Below, in pieces: positions 12,225 through 25,965 of a DNA stretch of 62,000 nt. Location: assembly GCA_013239625.1 (NCBI GenBank), contig MU053559.1, positions 1,178,001-1,240,000 of the forward strand, written 5' to 3'. The stretch's first letter is position 1. The number at the start of each line of letters is the position of its first letter. The position numbers and the translations under genes are program-made. The notes below the pieces were generated by a model. The model worked only from the letters and a program-made list of their open reading frames with translations. It searched no databases and was not told the DNA's origin. The DNA is from Lama guanicoe (lineage: Eukaryota).

Positions 12225-14370
12225 GAAGAGAACTGTGCTCAATGGGCAGAGCTAGAGGCTGTGGAGTTTGCCCTGGACCCCTGGACAGTAGTCTGGCATC
12301 AAGACCACTGGTTGATCAGCCTCCATAGTGACAAACATGCAACAGATCGCATAAGACCCACAGCCTTATTTGTGACCCATGGGGTGGCGGTTGCCCATGG
12401 AATGGGACCCTTTCGGAATCTGCATCAAAGGGTCAACGGGCTGGTTAGCCCCGCATTGCCCAGGTGAGGATCATGGTGCCTGGGCCCAGTGCTGCACAGG
12501 GTACAGTAACCCAGCCACAGTTCTGGACTCGGTCCCAGAACAGGGCCTAGTGATTCCAGCACACAAAGCCAGGGAAGCCTAGTGAATGTTCTGAGACTGT
12601 CAGTTACACACACAGTCGGGTGGCAAACGGAGCTTCAGGGCACTGGACCTGTCACATCCTGACGATAGACCCTCTAGGCCCCTTTCCTCCCGCCACTTGA
12701 GGTTGGCCGGGCACTGACTGCAGTAGGCGCCTATTTATGGCAGGGCACTGCCACCCCTGTCTGTACAACAGGTTGGGGACATGCCATCCAAGGACTCCTA
12801 GATGGACTGTGCTGCATTTTGGATTCCTCCGGCCCATCCAGTCACCACCAAATTGTGCCACCTTTTAGTGAAAATCACCAATGAGAGGCCATACACTGAA
12901 CATTTCATGGCCTGTATCACCTCCAGGTGCAAGTGCCATTAAAAAATAACATGGGCTGTCAAAACAAAAAACTAAAGGAAAAAAAAAGATAAGTGAGCCA
13001 GCAGGGCTCAATTCCGGGTGGAGCACACACCGAAAACAGTCAAGATAGGCTCTCAATGTGACGTACTCCACGAGAGAACCTCCCATTGGGAGAAAATGTT
13101 TTAATTATGAAACTCGGGGGGAAGGGGAAGAGGCCCAGAGTGGCTGTAAGAGAACCAAGCCACCCAAATAGTCCTTTTCTCTCTGCTTTTTTCCCCTTCC
13201 ATGCCGACCTGCCAGGAGCCAGGACTTGGCAAGTGGCCGAGAAGAGATGGGGAAGGTCGGAGCTCCCAACCTGGTGTTTTTCTTCCCACTGGGTCAGGCA
13301 GCCGGTCTCGGGGGTTATAGAGACAGATGGCGATGGTCCTAGGTACGAGGTGATGACTTTCAAGTTGCGTGGTGCACACGTCCAGGGTGGGAGATGGTCT
13401 AGGAGGGCACAAGGTATACAAAGAAGAAAGCACAGGGCCATCTTGGGATAAGCCTAGACCCATGATGTGAGCAAGACAGTGGGGCAGTTAGAAGACTGGG
13501 TGTACCCATCAAATGGTCGTGGAATGAAAGTGACAACCTGGGGTGGTGGGGAAGGAACACCTTAGACCCGGGGGGTTGGCATGGATAGGGGGCGCCATTG
13601 GGCTCTCTTGGTTCTTGCCTGCAGGTCTCCTGACCTGTCCTGTCATCTCAGAATGCTGTGGTAACCTTGTCCAAGACCCCAAAGCAACAGAATACTGCTG
13701 TTACGGTTGCTACACATCTGTTAGTGGAATCGAGTTCCAGGTGACCAGGCTGTGGCATGGGGCTGAGCTGGCTGGGCGAGCCTCACCATTCTCTTCAGAA
13801 GCCCTTCAGCCTGCTTCGCAGGAGCCCTTTAATTTGACTGCATTTGTCCACTGCAAGGGACACAGAATTGGTTTATTCTTTTTTCTTTTTCTTTTTTACT
13901 ATTATCTCTTTATTTTTTATTTTATTATTTTATTATTTTTTAACGAAGGTACTGGGAATTGAACCCAGGATCTGGTGCATGCTTAGCACATGCTCTACCA
14001 CTGAACTATACCCCACCACCCCACCCCACCCTACCCCTGGTTTATGCTTGTTGTATGAAATGATACTTACCCTTCTGCTCCAGTTTATGGACCCCGTAGG
14101 GTAATACTTCCGACATGCACATAAGACCTATTCTTGCCTGCCATACACAAATCAGTCTAAACTCTCTAGCATGACTGGTGATGGACAATCCCATTGCCCT
14201 GGGCTTCCTGATGGCCACCAAGACAGGGGGTGTGCCATTGCCAAACCTCTTGCTGCACCTGGATTTGATGTGTATTCCATTGGCTTGGCTCTGGATCAAG
14301 AACCTGGCTGTGGTCTGTCCTCTAGGTGGGGGTGATCACTCTATTGGGAATAGTAGTCATGGTCACTCTA
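12225..14370 (+). mobile_element. ERVL-class internal region: RNase H/integrase plus env TM remnants
   Basis: Degenerate AWAQ..GY...QGL, IDPLGPFPP, ALTAVGAY, TFHGLYHLQ..HGLSKQ; env SLNSLA*LVMDNPIALGFLMA..CAIA..SCCTWI at 14154-14265. Confidence 0.7.
13878..14016 (-). mobile_element. tRNA-Ala-derived SINE
   Basis: A/B boxes and T-rich tail. Confidence 0.8.
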
Positions 14371-14579
14371 GTCTGATTTCACTCAAGACAAATAGTATAC
14401 CAGAAATTAACACATTGTAACTTGACTACACTTCAATTTTTTAAAAAATCAATAAATTTAAGGAAATTAGAACCACAGAAGAAATAAGACAAATAGAAAG
14501 GATTTTGTCCAAGCCCCTATCAGTACAATTACTGACGGGGCATCTGATGGGATGGCTTGTGCTTCTAAAAAGAATTCTT

Positions 14580-15642
14580 TCCCAAAGACAACCTACAGAA
14601 TGGAAGAAAACATTTGCAAATGACATGACGGGCAAGGGACTAACTTCCAAAATATACAAACAGCTCATACAGCTTAATATCAAGAAATAAACAACCCAAT
14701 CAAAAAATGAGCAGAAGACCTAAATAGACAGTTCTCCAAAGAAGACATCCAGATGGCCAACAGGCTCATGAAGAGATGCTCAATATCGCTAATTATTAGA
14801 GAAATGCAAATCAAAACTACAATGAGGTATCACCTCACACAGGTCAGAATGGCTATCATTAAAAAATCTACAGTTAATAAATGCCGGAGAGGGTGTGGAC
14901 AAAAAGGAACCCTCCTATGCTGCTGGTGGGAATGTAAATTGGTGCAGCCACTGTGGAGGACAGTATGGAGGCTCCTTAAAAAATTAAAAATAGACTTGCC
15001 ATTTGATCCAGCAATCCCACTCCTGGGTATATATCCAAAGAAAATGAAATACTAATTTGAAAAGATACACATACCCCAATGTTCACAGCAGCACTATTTA
15101 CAATAGCCAAGACATGGAAACAACCTAAATGTCCATCAACAGATGACTAGATAAAGAAGTTGTGATATAGTTATACAATGGAATATTACTCGGCCATAAA
15201 AAAGAATGAAATAAGACCATTTGCAGCAACATGGATGGACCTAGAGATCATCACATTGAATGAAGTAAGTCAGACAGAGAAGGACAAATATATCACTTAT
15301 ATGTGGAATCTTTAAAAAAAATACAATTTCTATTTACAAACCAAAAACAGACTCATAGACATAGAAAACAAACTCTGGTTACCAAAGGGGAAAGAACAGG
15401 GGAGGAATAAATTAGAGGTTGGGGATTAACAGACATGCATTACTATATATAAAACAGATAAATAACAAGGACATACTATATAGCACAGGAAACTATATTG
15501 AATTTATTGTAATAACATATAATGGAAAAGAATCTGAAAAGAAAAAATACGTATGTAGGTATATGTATAACTGAATCATTTTGCTGTACACCTGAAACTA
15601 ACATTGTAAATTAACTATACTTCAATAAAAAAAATTTTTTTT
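14580..15642 (+). mobile_element. 5'-truncated L1
   Basis: [52 protein letters not shown] at 14569-14579 and 15643-15653. Confidence 0.92.
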
Positions 15643-16636
15643 AAAGAATTCTTCACTAGATACATGAAAGTTCGGGCAGTGCAGTTGTAGAAGGGCTGCG
15701 CCATGTCAGTGACTTTGCACATCTCCACAGAGGTCACACAGGCCAAGGCTTGGATGAAGTCTGACATGAATCTTGGCAGAATGTCCTGTGATTTTTCCCA
15801 GGGACATGCATGAAAAAGACGAGCAGCCCATTGAGGAGCCACTGGGAGGCAGTTTTCTATCTACCTCCTTGGCTCTGGTATGGCTGGGACTCCCACCTCA
15901 GTCACACTTAGGGTACAGCTGCTGGCTTCTGTGTAAAATCTAGAAAACTGGCTGTGGTTTAGAGCTGGCTCTTCAATGACAGACCCTGTGCTGCCTGTCA
16001 TTTGGCCCCTCTGGTTCAGCATCCATCTGTGGGACTGGGGACACCACACTGGTCTTACTTTTGCTGTCTCTGTCAGTACTGTGGTGTCTGAGTGCATTTT
16101 GGTTCACTCTTTCTTTTCTGGCTGAATCCGTGGACACGTGACCAGCCAGCCCCGCAGCTGCCACTTAACTGCTGCTTCAGAGCTGTTGCCTGAGTGACAT
16201 AAATGTGCTGAAATGCGAGGGATAATAGGCTCTCTCTCACTTTGGCATTTTGATGAAATTTCTTCTCAGTGTCATCTTATCTCCCAGTTTCCCACACCAG
16301 CTCTCGGAGTCACATCGCCCCAGTGTGCCACCACCTGCAAGGACTGTAGAACTCTGAGGGACATTAATCATTGTGAACCCCCTGGGAGCTTGGATATGGA
16401 GTGTTACTTAAGAGATTACAAAAGGGAAGACAGGAAACCAGGACCATTTTCCTAGGGAAAAATCCCAGTGAAAGGAAATTAGTTTATCTGTGTAATCAAA
16501 GAACATGGATAACAGACGTTTTTACAGTGAAAAGAGTTAATTAGAAATTAATTAGGCTAACAGCAACCAAGTCAAATGGGGATGTATTATTGTACCTGTC
16601 GTACAGGTCTGGAAATGGAGACACCCAACTGTAAGG

Positions 16637-16988
16637 TGTGCACTGAAAAAAGGCACAACCTAAAAGTTGAGAATGATGTTTTATTTGGCAGACTTTCTGA
16701 AGACGTCAAGCCCAGGAGACAGCCTCTCAGATAGCTCTAAGGGACTGCTTTGCAGAGGTAAGGGAAGAGCCGGGATATACAGGAGTTTTTACAACAAAGA
16801 CCAGGCAATCGGAACATCAAAAGATTACTGTTAATTAAAGAAAACCAGACATCTCAGGTTAAGAAATTTAGTGCTTTTATATGTATGGGAAGATGCAAAA
16901 TTCTGGTTCAAGGTGGCTGCAATGTGATGGCTTGATGGCTGCAACATCCTTTGTTTACTGACATGGCAGGCAATATTTTTCATTCACA
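16637..16988 (-). mobile_element. Solo LTR, MER41-like, inserted in a MIR
   Basis: TG..CA ends, near-TSD AAGG/AAAG, recalled MER41-family motifs; MIR core (AAGTGACTTGCCCAAG) resumes at 16990. Confidence 0.65.
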
Positions 16989-18476
16989 AAAGTGACTTGC
17001 CCCAAGTCTCAGGCATAGAGTTGGGACCTAAATGGGAAGAAATGTCACCCTCTTCCCCTGAAAGCTGGGCCCCTTTCACAAGCTATAGTTGCTGGAGCAA
17101 ACCCCAACAGCTACAACAAAAACATGTTCTTACTCTGAGTCTGCGATAAAGCCAAGAGTTATGTTAAACACAGTCTGAAAGGGGGCAAATGGTGAAGTCT
17201 TTCACTCTTATGAAAAATGCATGCCCTACAAAGATGACTGGATGGAGTGCTCTGCAATGTCACCAACACCCATCGATCGCCCTGGCAGTCGCTGTCATGC
17301 AATGACTGTGTGGACCACCGACTCCTCCCAGCGCGCACGCGTGAAGGGTCCCATTCGCCTGCAGACCGGTGCTCCAGCGTTTGGAATGGCTTCTCCTTTG
17401 TGCCCTGCTGCCCTCTTGTTCCCAGTCGCTGCTCTGAGTCTGTCACCCCACCCCTGCCTATTAAATTTTCAGATGTATATTTGGTTTTGTGGAGAAGGAG
17501 TGGCAAGAGAACCAAAAGCTTACTGTATTTGCAGTATTTTTTTTTAATTGAGGTATAGTCAGTTACAGTGTGTCAATTTCCGGTGTACAGCATGTGTCAG
17601 TCATACATATACATACATATATTCTTTTTCATATTTTTCATTATTTGCAGTTTTTGATCATACACATTTATCAAACTTAGAATTGCACTATAGTTACACA
17701 GAGAAATATAATTAGTTATGGAACACAGTCTCAATATTTGAGTTTGAAGCAAAATGCCAGAAAGACCTGGCTTCTTTACCTGGTGTTCCTGTTTGTTTTC
17801 TAAGTTCCAGGACGGCTATTTGAAAACCTCCCTACAATAATTATGAATTTCTTAGTTTAAAGTAGTAATAACATGCTAAATTCTAACGTGATCCCTCGTG
17901 CCCTTTTAAATAAATTTAACTTTATTTACCAATTTGTGTTCTTAAAGGAGAATGTTTATGTGATCACAAAACTTTTTTCTACGTTATTGCTTTCTTCCCC
18001 TGTATATACCGGGGTCAGTACAACGAAAACAAAATAGTGTTACTGAATTGCAACTAAATTCTACTGTTTGGTGGAGGCTCTGGGCCTGAGACTTGCCCTT
18101 CTGTTGTCAAAAGATGGACTTCTGTCGTCAAAAGTTCCAAACTGAGACCAGGGGCTGAAAGAGCCAGGGAAGGGGCCATCTTGCTCACTTGTGACTTTCT
18201 GTTATTTAGTGCTGTGTCCGTCATGACCACCAGTGATACGTGCACCCTACACTTAGAACTGAGCATCATTTTATTTACATTTTGAAATGTGCATCAATTT
18301 AAAGAAACATATTAGGTAAATAACATTCATTTGATATGTGGATATGGCAAAAGTCTTGATGGTTGTACATGAATTATTGAAGCCAGCACTGTCTTATGAA
18401 TCATATGAATATGTTTTCTATGTATGTATGTCACATATTATATGTGTCATATGTAGCAGATTTAATATGAAATTCA

Positions 18477-18588
18477 GGGGTGGTATATAGCTCAGTGGTA
18501 GAGCATGTGCTTAGCATGCATGAGGTCCTGGTTCAATCCCCAGTACTTCCATTAAGAATAAACAAATAAACATAATTACTGCTAAAAA
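18477..18588 (+). mobile_element. tRNA-Ala-derived SINE
   Basis: TAGCTCAGTGGTAGAGC...GGTTCAATCCC. Confidence 0.85.
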
Positions 18589-19164
18589 GTGAGATCTGAA
18601 CATGTACATATATTTCTATATATATGCTTTGAAATCTCTGGAAGTTAGGGAGAAAAGTATCTCAGTCTCTGGATTTTTTTCTTCCAGAGGCTCCAGCTAA
18701 AATCTTTATGATGCAGTAAATTGAGGAGAAATCAACAGGAGAATTAGGCTGTCAATGAACACATCACACACCAACTTCAGAGAACGGACTTTGGTAGCCC
18801 TTCATCCACTGCTCTGTTTGAGCACCTCCTGGTTAGTAAGCTGGGACTCAAACGAGTTCTCCTGACTCCAGTGCTTGAGTGGTTTACACTATGCTATGTG
18901 CATAGTAACTGGAAAAACCATACGTGATAAGAAAAACATGGTGATGGCAACAGAAATTGATTTATTCTATAGTGTTTACACAACAGAAAAATGCAAAAGG
19001 AAGGACTTATTCTGAACACTTTTCCATTGTTACATAATTATACACTGTTAGGGGTGAGTAAAAAAAAGGGCCATTATGGGATATTTCCATTTCAAATATC
19101 TCCCTGTAGTGTCAAAAATGGGGCGAGGGTGGTGGTGGTGGTAGATATTTACTCCATAGAGATG

Positions 19165-20057
19165 TTTTTTCTTAATTGAACTATAGCCAGTTTACAACAT
19201 TGTGTCAATTTCTGGTGTACAGCATAATGTTTCAGTCATACATATACACACATATATTCATTTTCATATTCTTTTTTATTACAGGTTACTACAAGGTATT
19301 GAATATAGTTCCCTGTGCTGTACAGAAGAAACTTGTTGTTTATCTATTTTATATATAGTAGTTAATATCGACAAATCTCAAACTCCCAATTTATCCCCTT
19401 CCACCCTCTTTCCTCTTTGGTAACCATAAGTTTGTTTTCTATATTCGTGAGTCTGTTTCTGTTTTGTAAGTAAGTTCATTTGTGTCATTTTTTTTAGATT
19501 CCACGTATAAGTGATATCATATGGTATTTTTTTCTCTTCTGACTTACTTCACTTAGTATAATGATCTCCAGGTCCATCCATGTTACTGCAGATGGCATTA
19601 TCTTGTTCTTTTTTATGACTGAGTAGTATTCCATTGTACATATATATGCCACAAGTTCTTTATCCAGTCATCTGTTTAGGTTGTTTCCATGTCTTGGCTA
19701 TTGTAAATAGTGCTGCTATGAACAGAGGTGCATGTAACTTTTTAAATTAGAGTTCCCTCTGGATATATGCCCAGGAGTGGGATTGCTAGATTATATGGTA
19801 AATCTGTTTTTAGTCTTTTAAGGAAACTCCATACTGTTTTCCACAATGGCTGCACCAATTTACATTCCCACCAACAGTGTAGGAGGGTTCCCTTTTCTCC
19901 ACACCCTCGCCAGCATTTATCATTTGTGGGCTTTTTAAAGATGGCCAATCTGACTAGTGTGAGCTGATACCTCATTATAGTTTTGATTTGCATTTCTCTG
20001 ATAATTAGCGATACTGAGCATCTTTTCATGTGCCTATTGGCCATCTGTATGTCTTCC
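19165..20057 (-). mobile_element. 5'-truncated L1
   Basis: ORF2 C-terminus ([17 protein letters not shown]); TSD CATAGAGAT. Confidence 0.9.
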
Positions 20058-20486
20058 ACATAGAGATTTAAATACATCAATCCTGTAAATCAAATCATTT
20101 TTACATATTCTGTGAAATTCAAATGTTCAAAAGGCCAACCTTAAAATATATAAAAAATGTTGCAACTGTACTTTAACACTCATTACATAAATCACATTCA
20201 CTGAATATTTGCTCCAAGCCCGGCAAATAAGTGCTGTAACCCCCTAGATGGGCCCCTACCTCCTCTCTCACAACACCTCTCAGAGCCGTCAAGTCACTCA
20301 ATCTCTCTGTGAGGCAGAACAGTCATCAAGAAACAAAAAGTATGCTTACAAATTCCTCCAGCTCATCTTTTAGCGTTTTACTTGAAGACAGCAGAAATGC
20401 TGCAATTCACATATGCAGACAACTTTATCACTATCGCTCAGAGGAAAGGCCTGTCTTGGTCTGGCAGAATTCTACAGAAAGCTCTT

Positions 20487-20670
20487 GGGGGAGGGTATAG
20501 CTCAAATGGTAGAGCACTTGCTTAGCATGCATGGGGTCCTGGGTTTAATCTCCAGTAGCTCCTCTAAAAATAAATAAACCTAGTTACCTCCCCTCACCAA
20601 AATAAAATAATTAAATAATACAAGAATAAATAAAACATAAAAAAATTTCTTTAAGAAACTGAAATAAAAA
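20487..20670 (+). mobile_element. tRNA-Ala-derived SINE
   Basis: TSD AAAGCTCTTG. Confidence 0.85.
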
Positions 20671-20848
20671 AGCTCTTGTAGCCAGTAATGTAGGGAATAC
20701 AATGAATAAAATGAATAAGTAATGAATCAAATGAATAAAACGGTACCCTTCACATCACACTTGGATTATTAATTTTTCAGATAATTTACATGAAATCTGA
20801 ATATGATTAAACCTTCATTTCACAATTAAGACAGTATCTCACAGGGCA

Positions 20849-20985
20849 GGGGGGAGAGTATAATTCGGTGGTAGAGCACATGCTTAGCATGCACAAGGTC
20901 CCAGGTTCAATCCCCAGTACCTCCATTAAAAATAAATAAATAAAGAATCCTAATTACCTCCCCCCACAAAAAAAAAATTTTTTTA
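20849..20985 (+). mobile_element. tRNA-Ala-derived SINE
   Basis: TSD AGTATCTCACAG at 20833-20844 and 20993-21004. Confidence 0.88.
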
Positions 20986-21700
20986 AAGAGAAAGTATCTC
21001 ACAGCTCTGTTGAGCTGCAGATGTCCAGGTTCTATCACTTTGCCAAGAAACAAAGATATCCTTCCTGGATCACATACTGTTCCTTGGCCACTTCGCAATC
21101 TTTGTTGGATGCATTAGGACTGTGGGGGTGATAAAAAGAAAGTTTTGGCTTTTTAAAATCACGATAGCCTTTAAAAGAGTAGCAAGTCATCGCGCTACAC
21201 TTGCAAAAAAAACTATCTGGGAATAACTATAGAGCAGAAGAAAAGCTGAAAGTTATTTTTAAGGACTAAGGAAAGGAATGCATGGTACGTGCTCCATGTT
21301 ATCTGTTAAAATAGCCAACCACGGGGAAATATCTTTGGGGAGGAGTAGAGATTTTTATAAATGCAGAAAAAAATGTTACTTCTCTGGGTCTAAGCACAGT
21401 AACAAGGTCAAGGAAAAAATATATCAGAACTAGCAGAAAAACCGGGTTCTAGACCTTGAGAATCCAAACCTCTTAGTGATTTTAAGAGAATTACTGTGAC
21501 AAAGAAGGTGAATTTGACAGTGGCATGAAAAGCAGAAAGGGAATGAGAAAAGCAGAAAGCAAACTTGCATTGTCACGGGAGTAGCTTTGACCGTGAGCAT
21601 GGTGTCAGAATTTCAGGAGTGACAGAAAAAGCAGGTAGACAGATGGCAGAGGTATTTGCTGGACCCATAAGGAAGAGGGCCTTGAATATGTTATAATTGC

Positions 21701-22662
<962 letters not shown>

Positions 22663-22725
22663 CTAGGTTTTCTTGATGAAAAGAAATCTGTGATGGGGCA
22701 TTCAAATGCAAAGCATCATTTTTTT

Positions 22726-23236
22726 TAACTGAAGCATAGTTGGTTTACAATATCGTGTCAGTTTCAGGTTTATGGCAACGTGATTCAGTTATATACATAT
22801 TTTTCAGATTCTTTTCCATTACGGGTTATTATAAGATACTGAATATAGTTCCCTGTGCTATACAGTAGGTCGTTGTTGTTTATCTATTTTGTACACATTA
22901 GATTGCATCTACCCATCCCAAACTCCTAATTTATCCCTACCCCTACTTCCCCCCGGTAACCATAAATTTGTTTTCTATGTTTGTGAGTCTGTTTCTGTTT
23001 TGTAAATAAGTTCATTTGTATCATATTTTAGATTCCACGTAGAAGTGATATCATGTAATATTTGTCTTTGTCTGACTTAGTTCACTTACTATGAGAATCT
23101 CTAGGTTTATCCAAGTTGCTGCAAATGGCATTATTTCATTTTTTTATGGGTAAGTAGTCCATTGTATATATATACCACATTTTCTTAAACCAATCGTCTG
23201 TTCATGGGCACTTGGATTGTTTCCATGTCTTGGCAT
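22726..23236 (-). mobile_element. L1 3' fragment
   Basis: L1 3'UTR motifs; TSD AGCATCATTTTTTT. Confidence 0.88.
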
Positions 23237-23877
23237 AGCATCATTTTTTTTTTGAAAATATTTTTGGAGAGCTGCTAATTAGCAGTTTCTTCATAGTTGT
23301 TCAGGTGTTCCTGGAAAAGAACCTCTAAGAAACCATCACCTTCTATGACAACAGTTCAGGCCACTCAACTATTAGCTCAACCCCTGGTCCTCAGCAACAC
23401 ACAAGCAAAATGAAACCATGCTTCCTGGGACCAACATGGATCACAGAGAGACTCCTGCCTTCTGTGGATCCTTTTTATAATATGCCTTTTCACAGCAAAG
23501 CCGGCAAACTTATCAGCTAGTATTGGGACATTTTTAACACCGTGATGAAAACTAGGAGGCCATGGAGAGAAGTGATTTATCAACTGCAGGTGCCTTGAAG
23601 ATGTCACAGCCTGAACATAAAACTGTTACGACCCTGAGAAACCTTAGGTTCCCGATGTTACAGTTTGTTCAGCCATCTGGTTTAATAAGTCTAATGAAGA
23701 TGTTCTGTAGCAGTCCTTAAATTCTCACGATGAGACGTTAAGCAAATGAGGACCTCAAAGAGTTGTCCCCAACAAGCAGAAGACAACTGAGCATCTCTGC
23801 TGTAAAGATTCCCCCAGATTCACTTAAATGCAAAATGCTCTCAAGTCTACACAGCACTTGAAAAGAAGCAAAGCTCC

Positions 23878-23962
23878 AGGGCGAGTGGGTATAGCTCAGT
23901 GGTAGAGCACATGCTTAGCAATAAAAATAAAATAAAATAAAAATAAAATGTTATTAAAAAAA
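23878..23962 (+). mobile_element. Truncated SINE (A-box half plus A-rich tail)
   Basis: Stops at the anticodon TTAGCA, then (A4T)n. Confidence 0.7.
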
Positions 23963-24411
23963 TGGAAGAAGCCCCAGCCTAACGTGAGTGGTTGAAAGAC
24001 AAGGTCAATGCAGAAAGGCATTTATACATCACTGGGAAAGGTGTCTGGGGTGGGGGGAAGGGGAAGTAAATACTAAAATCATCTTTTTCTGAAGTAATCA
24101 CCTGTTTGTTCCAGAAAAGGTTAAAATGAGTCATCTCTCTCCCTGTGTCTCCACCACCCACCTCCTCCACAGCTCTTATGATTCCCAATAGCCAATAATC
24201 ACTGCGGCCAAAAGTAACTGATGGTCACGCATGCACGATCATGTACAGAAAATGATTTATATTCTAAAATACAAATGAACAAAATGAGTAAAATATGCAT
24301 ACGCATCGTTACTGAAGGTTACCATAGAGACAGTCGGCCTTACTCTTCCCAGTTTTATTGCTTGTCATTATTCTGGAATGCATCCGCTATAATTATATTC
24401 TTCCTAGAAAA

Positions 24412-24413
<2 letters not shown>

Positions 24414-24448
<35 letters not shown>

Positions 24449-24456
24449 ACACACAC
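24414..24456. repeat. (CA)n microsatellite
   Basis: About 21 CA units with one interruption. Confidence 0.95.
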
Positions 24457-25139
24457 ATATAGGCTAAACATAGTCAAGCAACGAATTCGTGCAAAATTTA
24501 GGTTATGCTATTATTTCGTCTGTGTTCTTGGAACCATAGAGATTCAGAGCAGCAAGAGCTCTCTGTCCAGACCCTCATTCCAACATACTGTGCTTGCAGC
24601 TGTAGAAAATGAGGTCAAAGCCTGAGATGGGAGTTAGGAGCAGGCTTCTAACTGGACTCCGAGTGCACTCCTTCTCCCTAGAGTAAGATGGCACAGAAGA
24701 GACCCTGGAAAATGCTAACTTCCGGGGAGGGAGTCCCCTTTTGACACTGGGGAATGATGTCCATCATACAGAAAGCACTATTGTGAGGACATTACCAAAG
24801 CCTGGAAGTGTGAATTTTTTTTTTAATCTCAAATTGTATCGTCTAATAATGCTTTAAAATGCAAATATCACTTCTTGATGCTATGCTGCCAGGGAAATTA
24901 ACAAGTGCCCGCTGCAGTTTTAAAAACTGCATTTCCAAAATAGACACATAACTCCTGATTTCTTGGGTATGTTATCACATAAGGGGCTGGCTTATAAAAT
25001 TCCAACTTAAAAACAAAACAGGTTTTCCCCAAATGCTACTTTAGGAAGGTGTTGGAGGAAAAGGGAGGGAGGGGATAAGGAGGGGCGTTAGAAGGTTATT
25101 ATAGGGAAAGTAAGAAACATCACAGCATTGCAATAAGAA

Positions 25140-25965
25140 ATTTAAGATGTCAGAAAAACAACAAGTTTCTACTGTAGAGCACAGGGAACTATATTCAATA
25201 TCTTGTAGTAACCTTTAATGAAAAAGAGTATGAAAACAAATATATGTATGTATATGTATGACTGAACACCAGAAATGCTGTACACCAGAAATTGACACAA
25301 CATTGTATACTTACCATACTTCAATTAAAAAATGAAAAGAAATTTGAGATGTCTATCCTTCCTTCAAAAAGATCGCAGAACAAACTGGTGGTTGCCAGAG
25401 GGGAAGAGCCGGGGGGACGGATGAAATAGGCGAAGTGGATTAAGAGGTACAAACTTCCAGCTATAAGATATGTCACAGTGAGGAGGGTATATAGGTCAGT
25501 GGCAGAGCACGTGCCTAACATGCATGAGGTCCTGAGTTCCATCCCCAGTACCTGCATTTAAATAAATAAATAACCTAATTAATCTCCCCCCAAAGCCCCA
25601 AAAACATACCAAAAAAGATATGTCAGGGGTATGTAATGTACATATAGGGAAAAAGTTTCATAATATTGTAGCAGCTTTGCGTGGTGATGGACGGTAACTG
25701 GTTTTATTATGGTGATCACTTCATAATGTATAAGAATATCAAATCACTATGTTGTACACCTGAAACTAATGTAATATTATATGTTAATTATAACTCAATA
25801 AAATATCTCAGTATGCAATGATTAGGTGTTAACTGAACTTATTGTGATAATTTCACAATATATACATATATCAAATCATCATGCTGTACACCTAAAACTA
25901 ATACAGTGTTATTTGTCAATTATGTCTCAGTAAAATTGGGGAAAAATAAATAAAAAAAATTTTTA
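25140..25965 (+). mobile_element. L1 3'-end fragments with a nested SINE
   Basis: CTGTAGAGCACAGGGAAC and TGTACACCTGAAACTAAT motifs. Confidence 0.75.
25481..25612 (+). mobile_element. tRNA-Ala-derived SINE
   Basis: TSD AAGATATGTCA. Confidence 0.82.

Noticed and set aside
16637..16988. MER41-like LTR as an interferon-inducible enhancer
   Set aside because: No TTCNNNGAA (GAS) motif seen in this copy.
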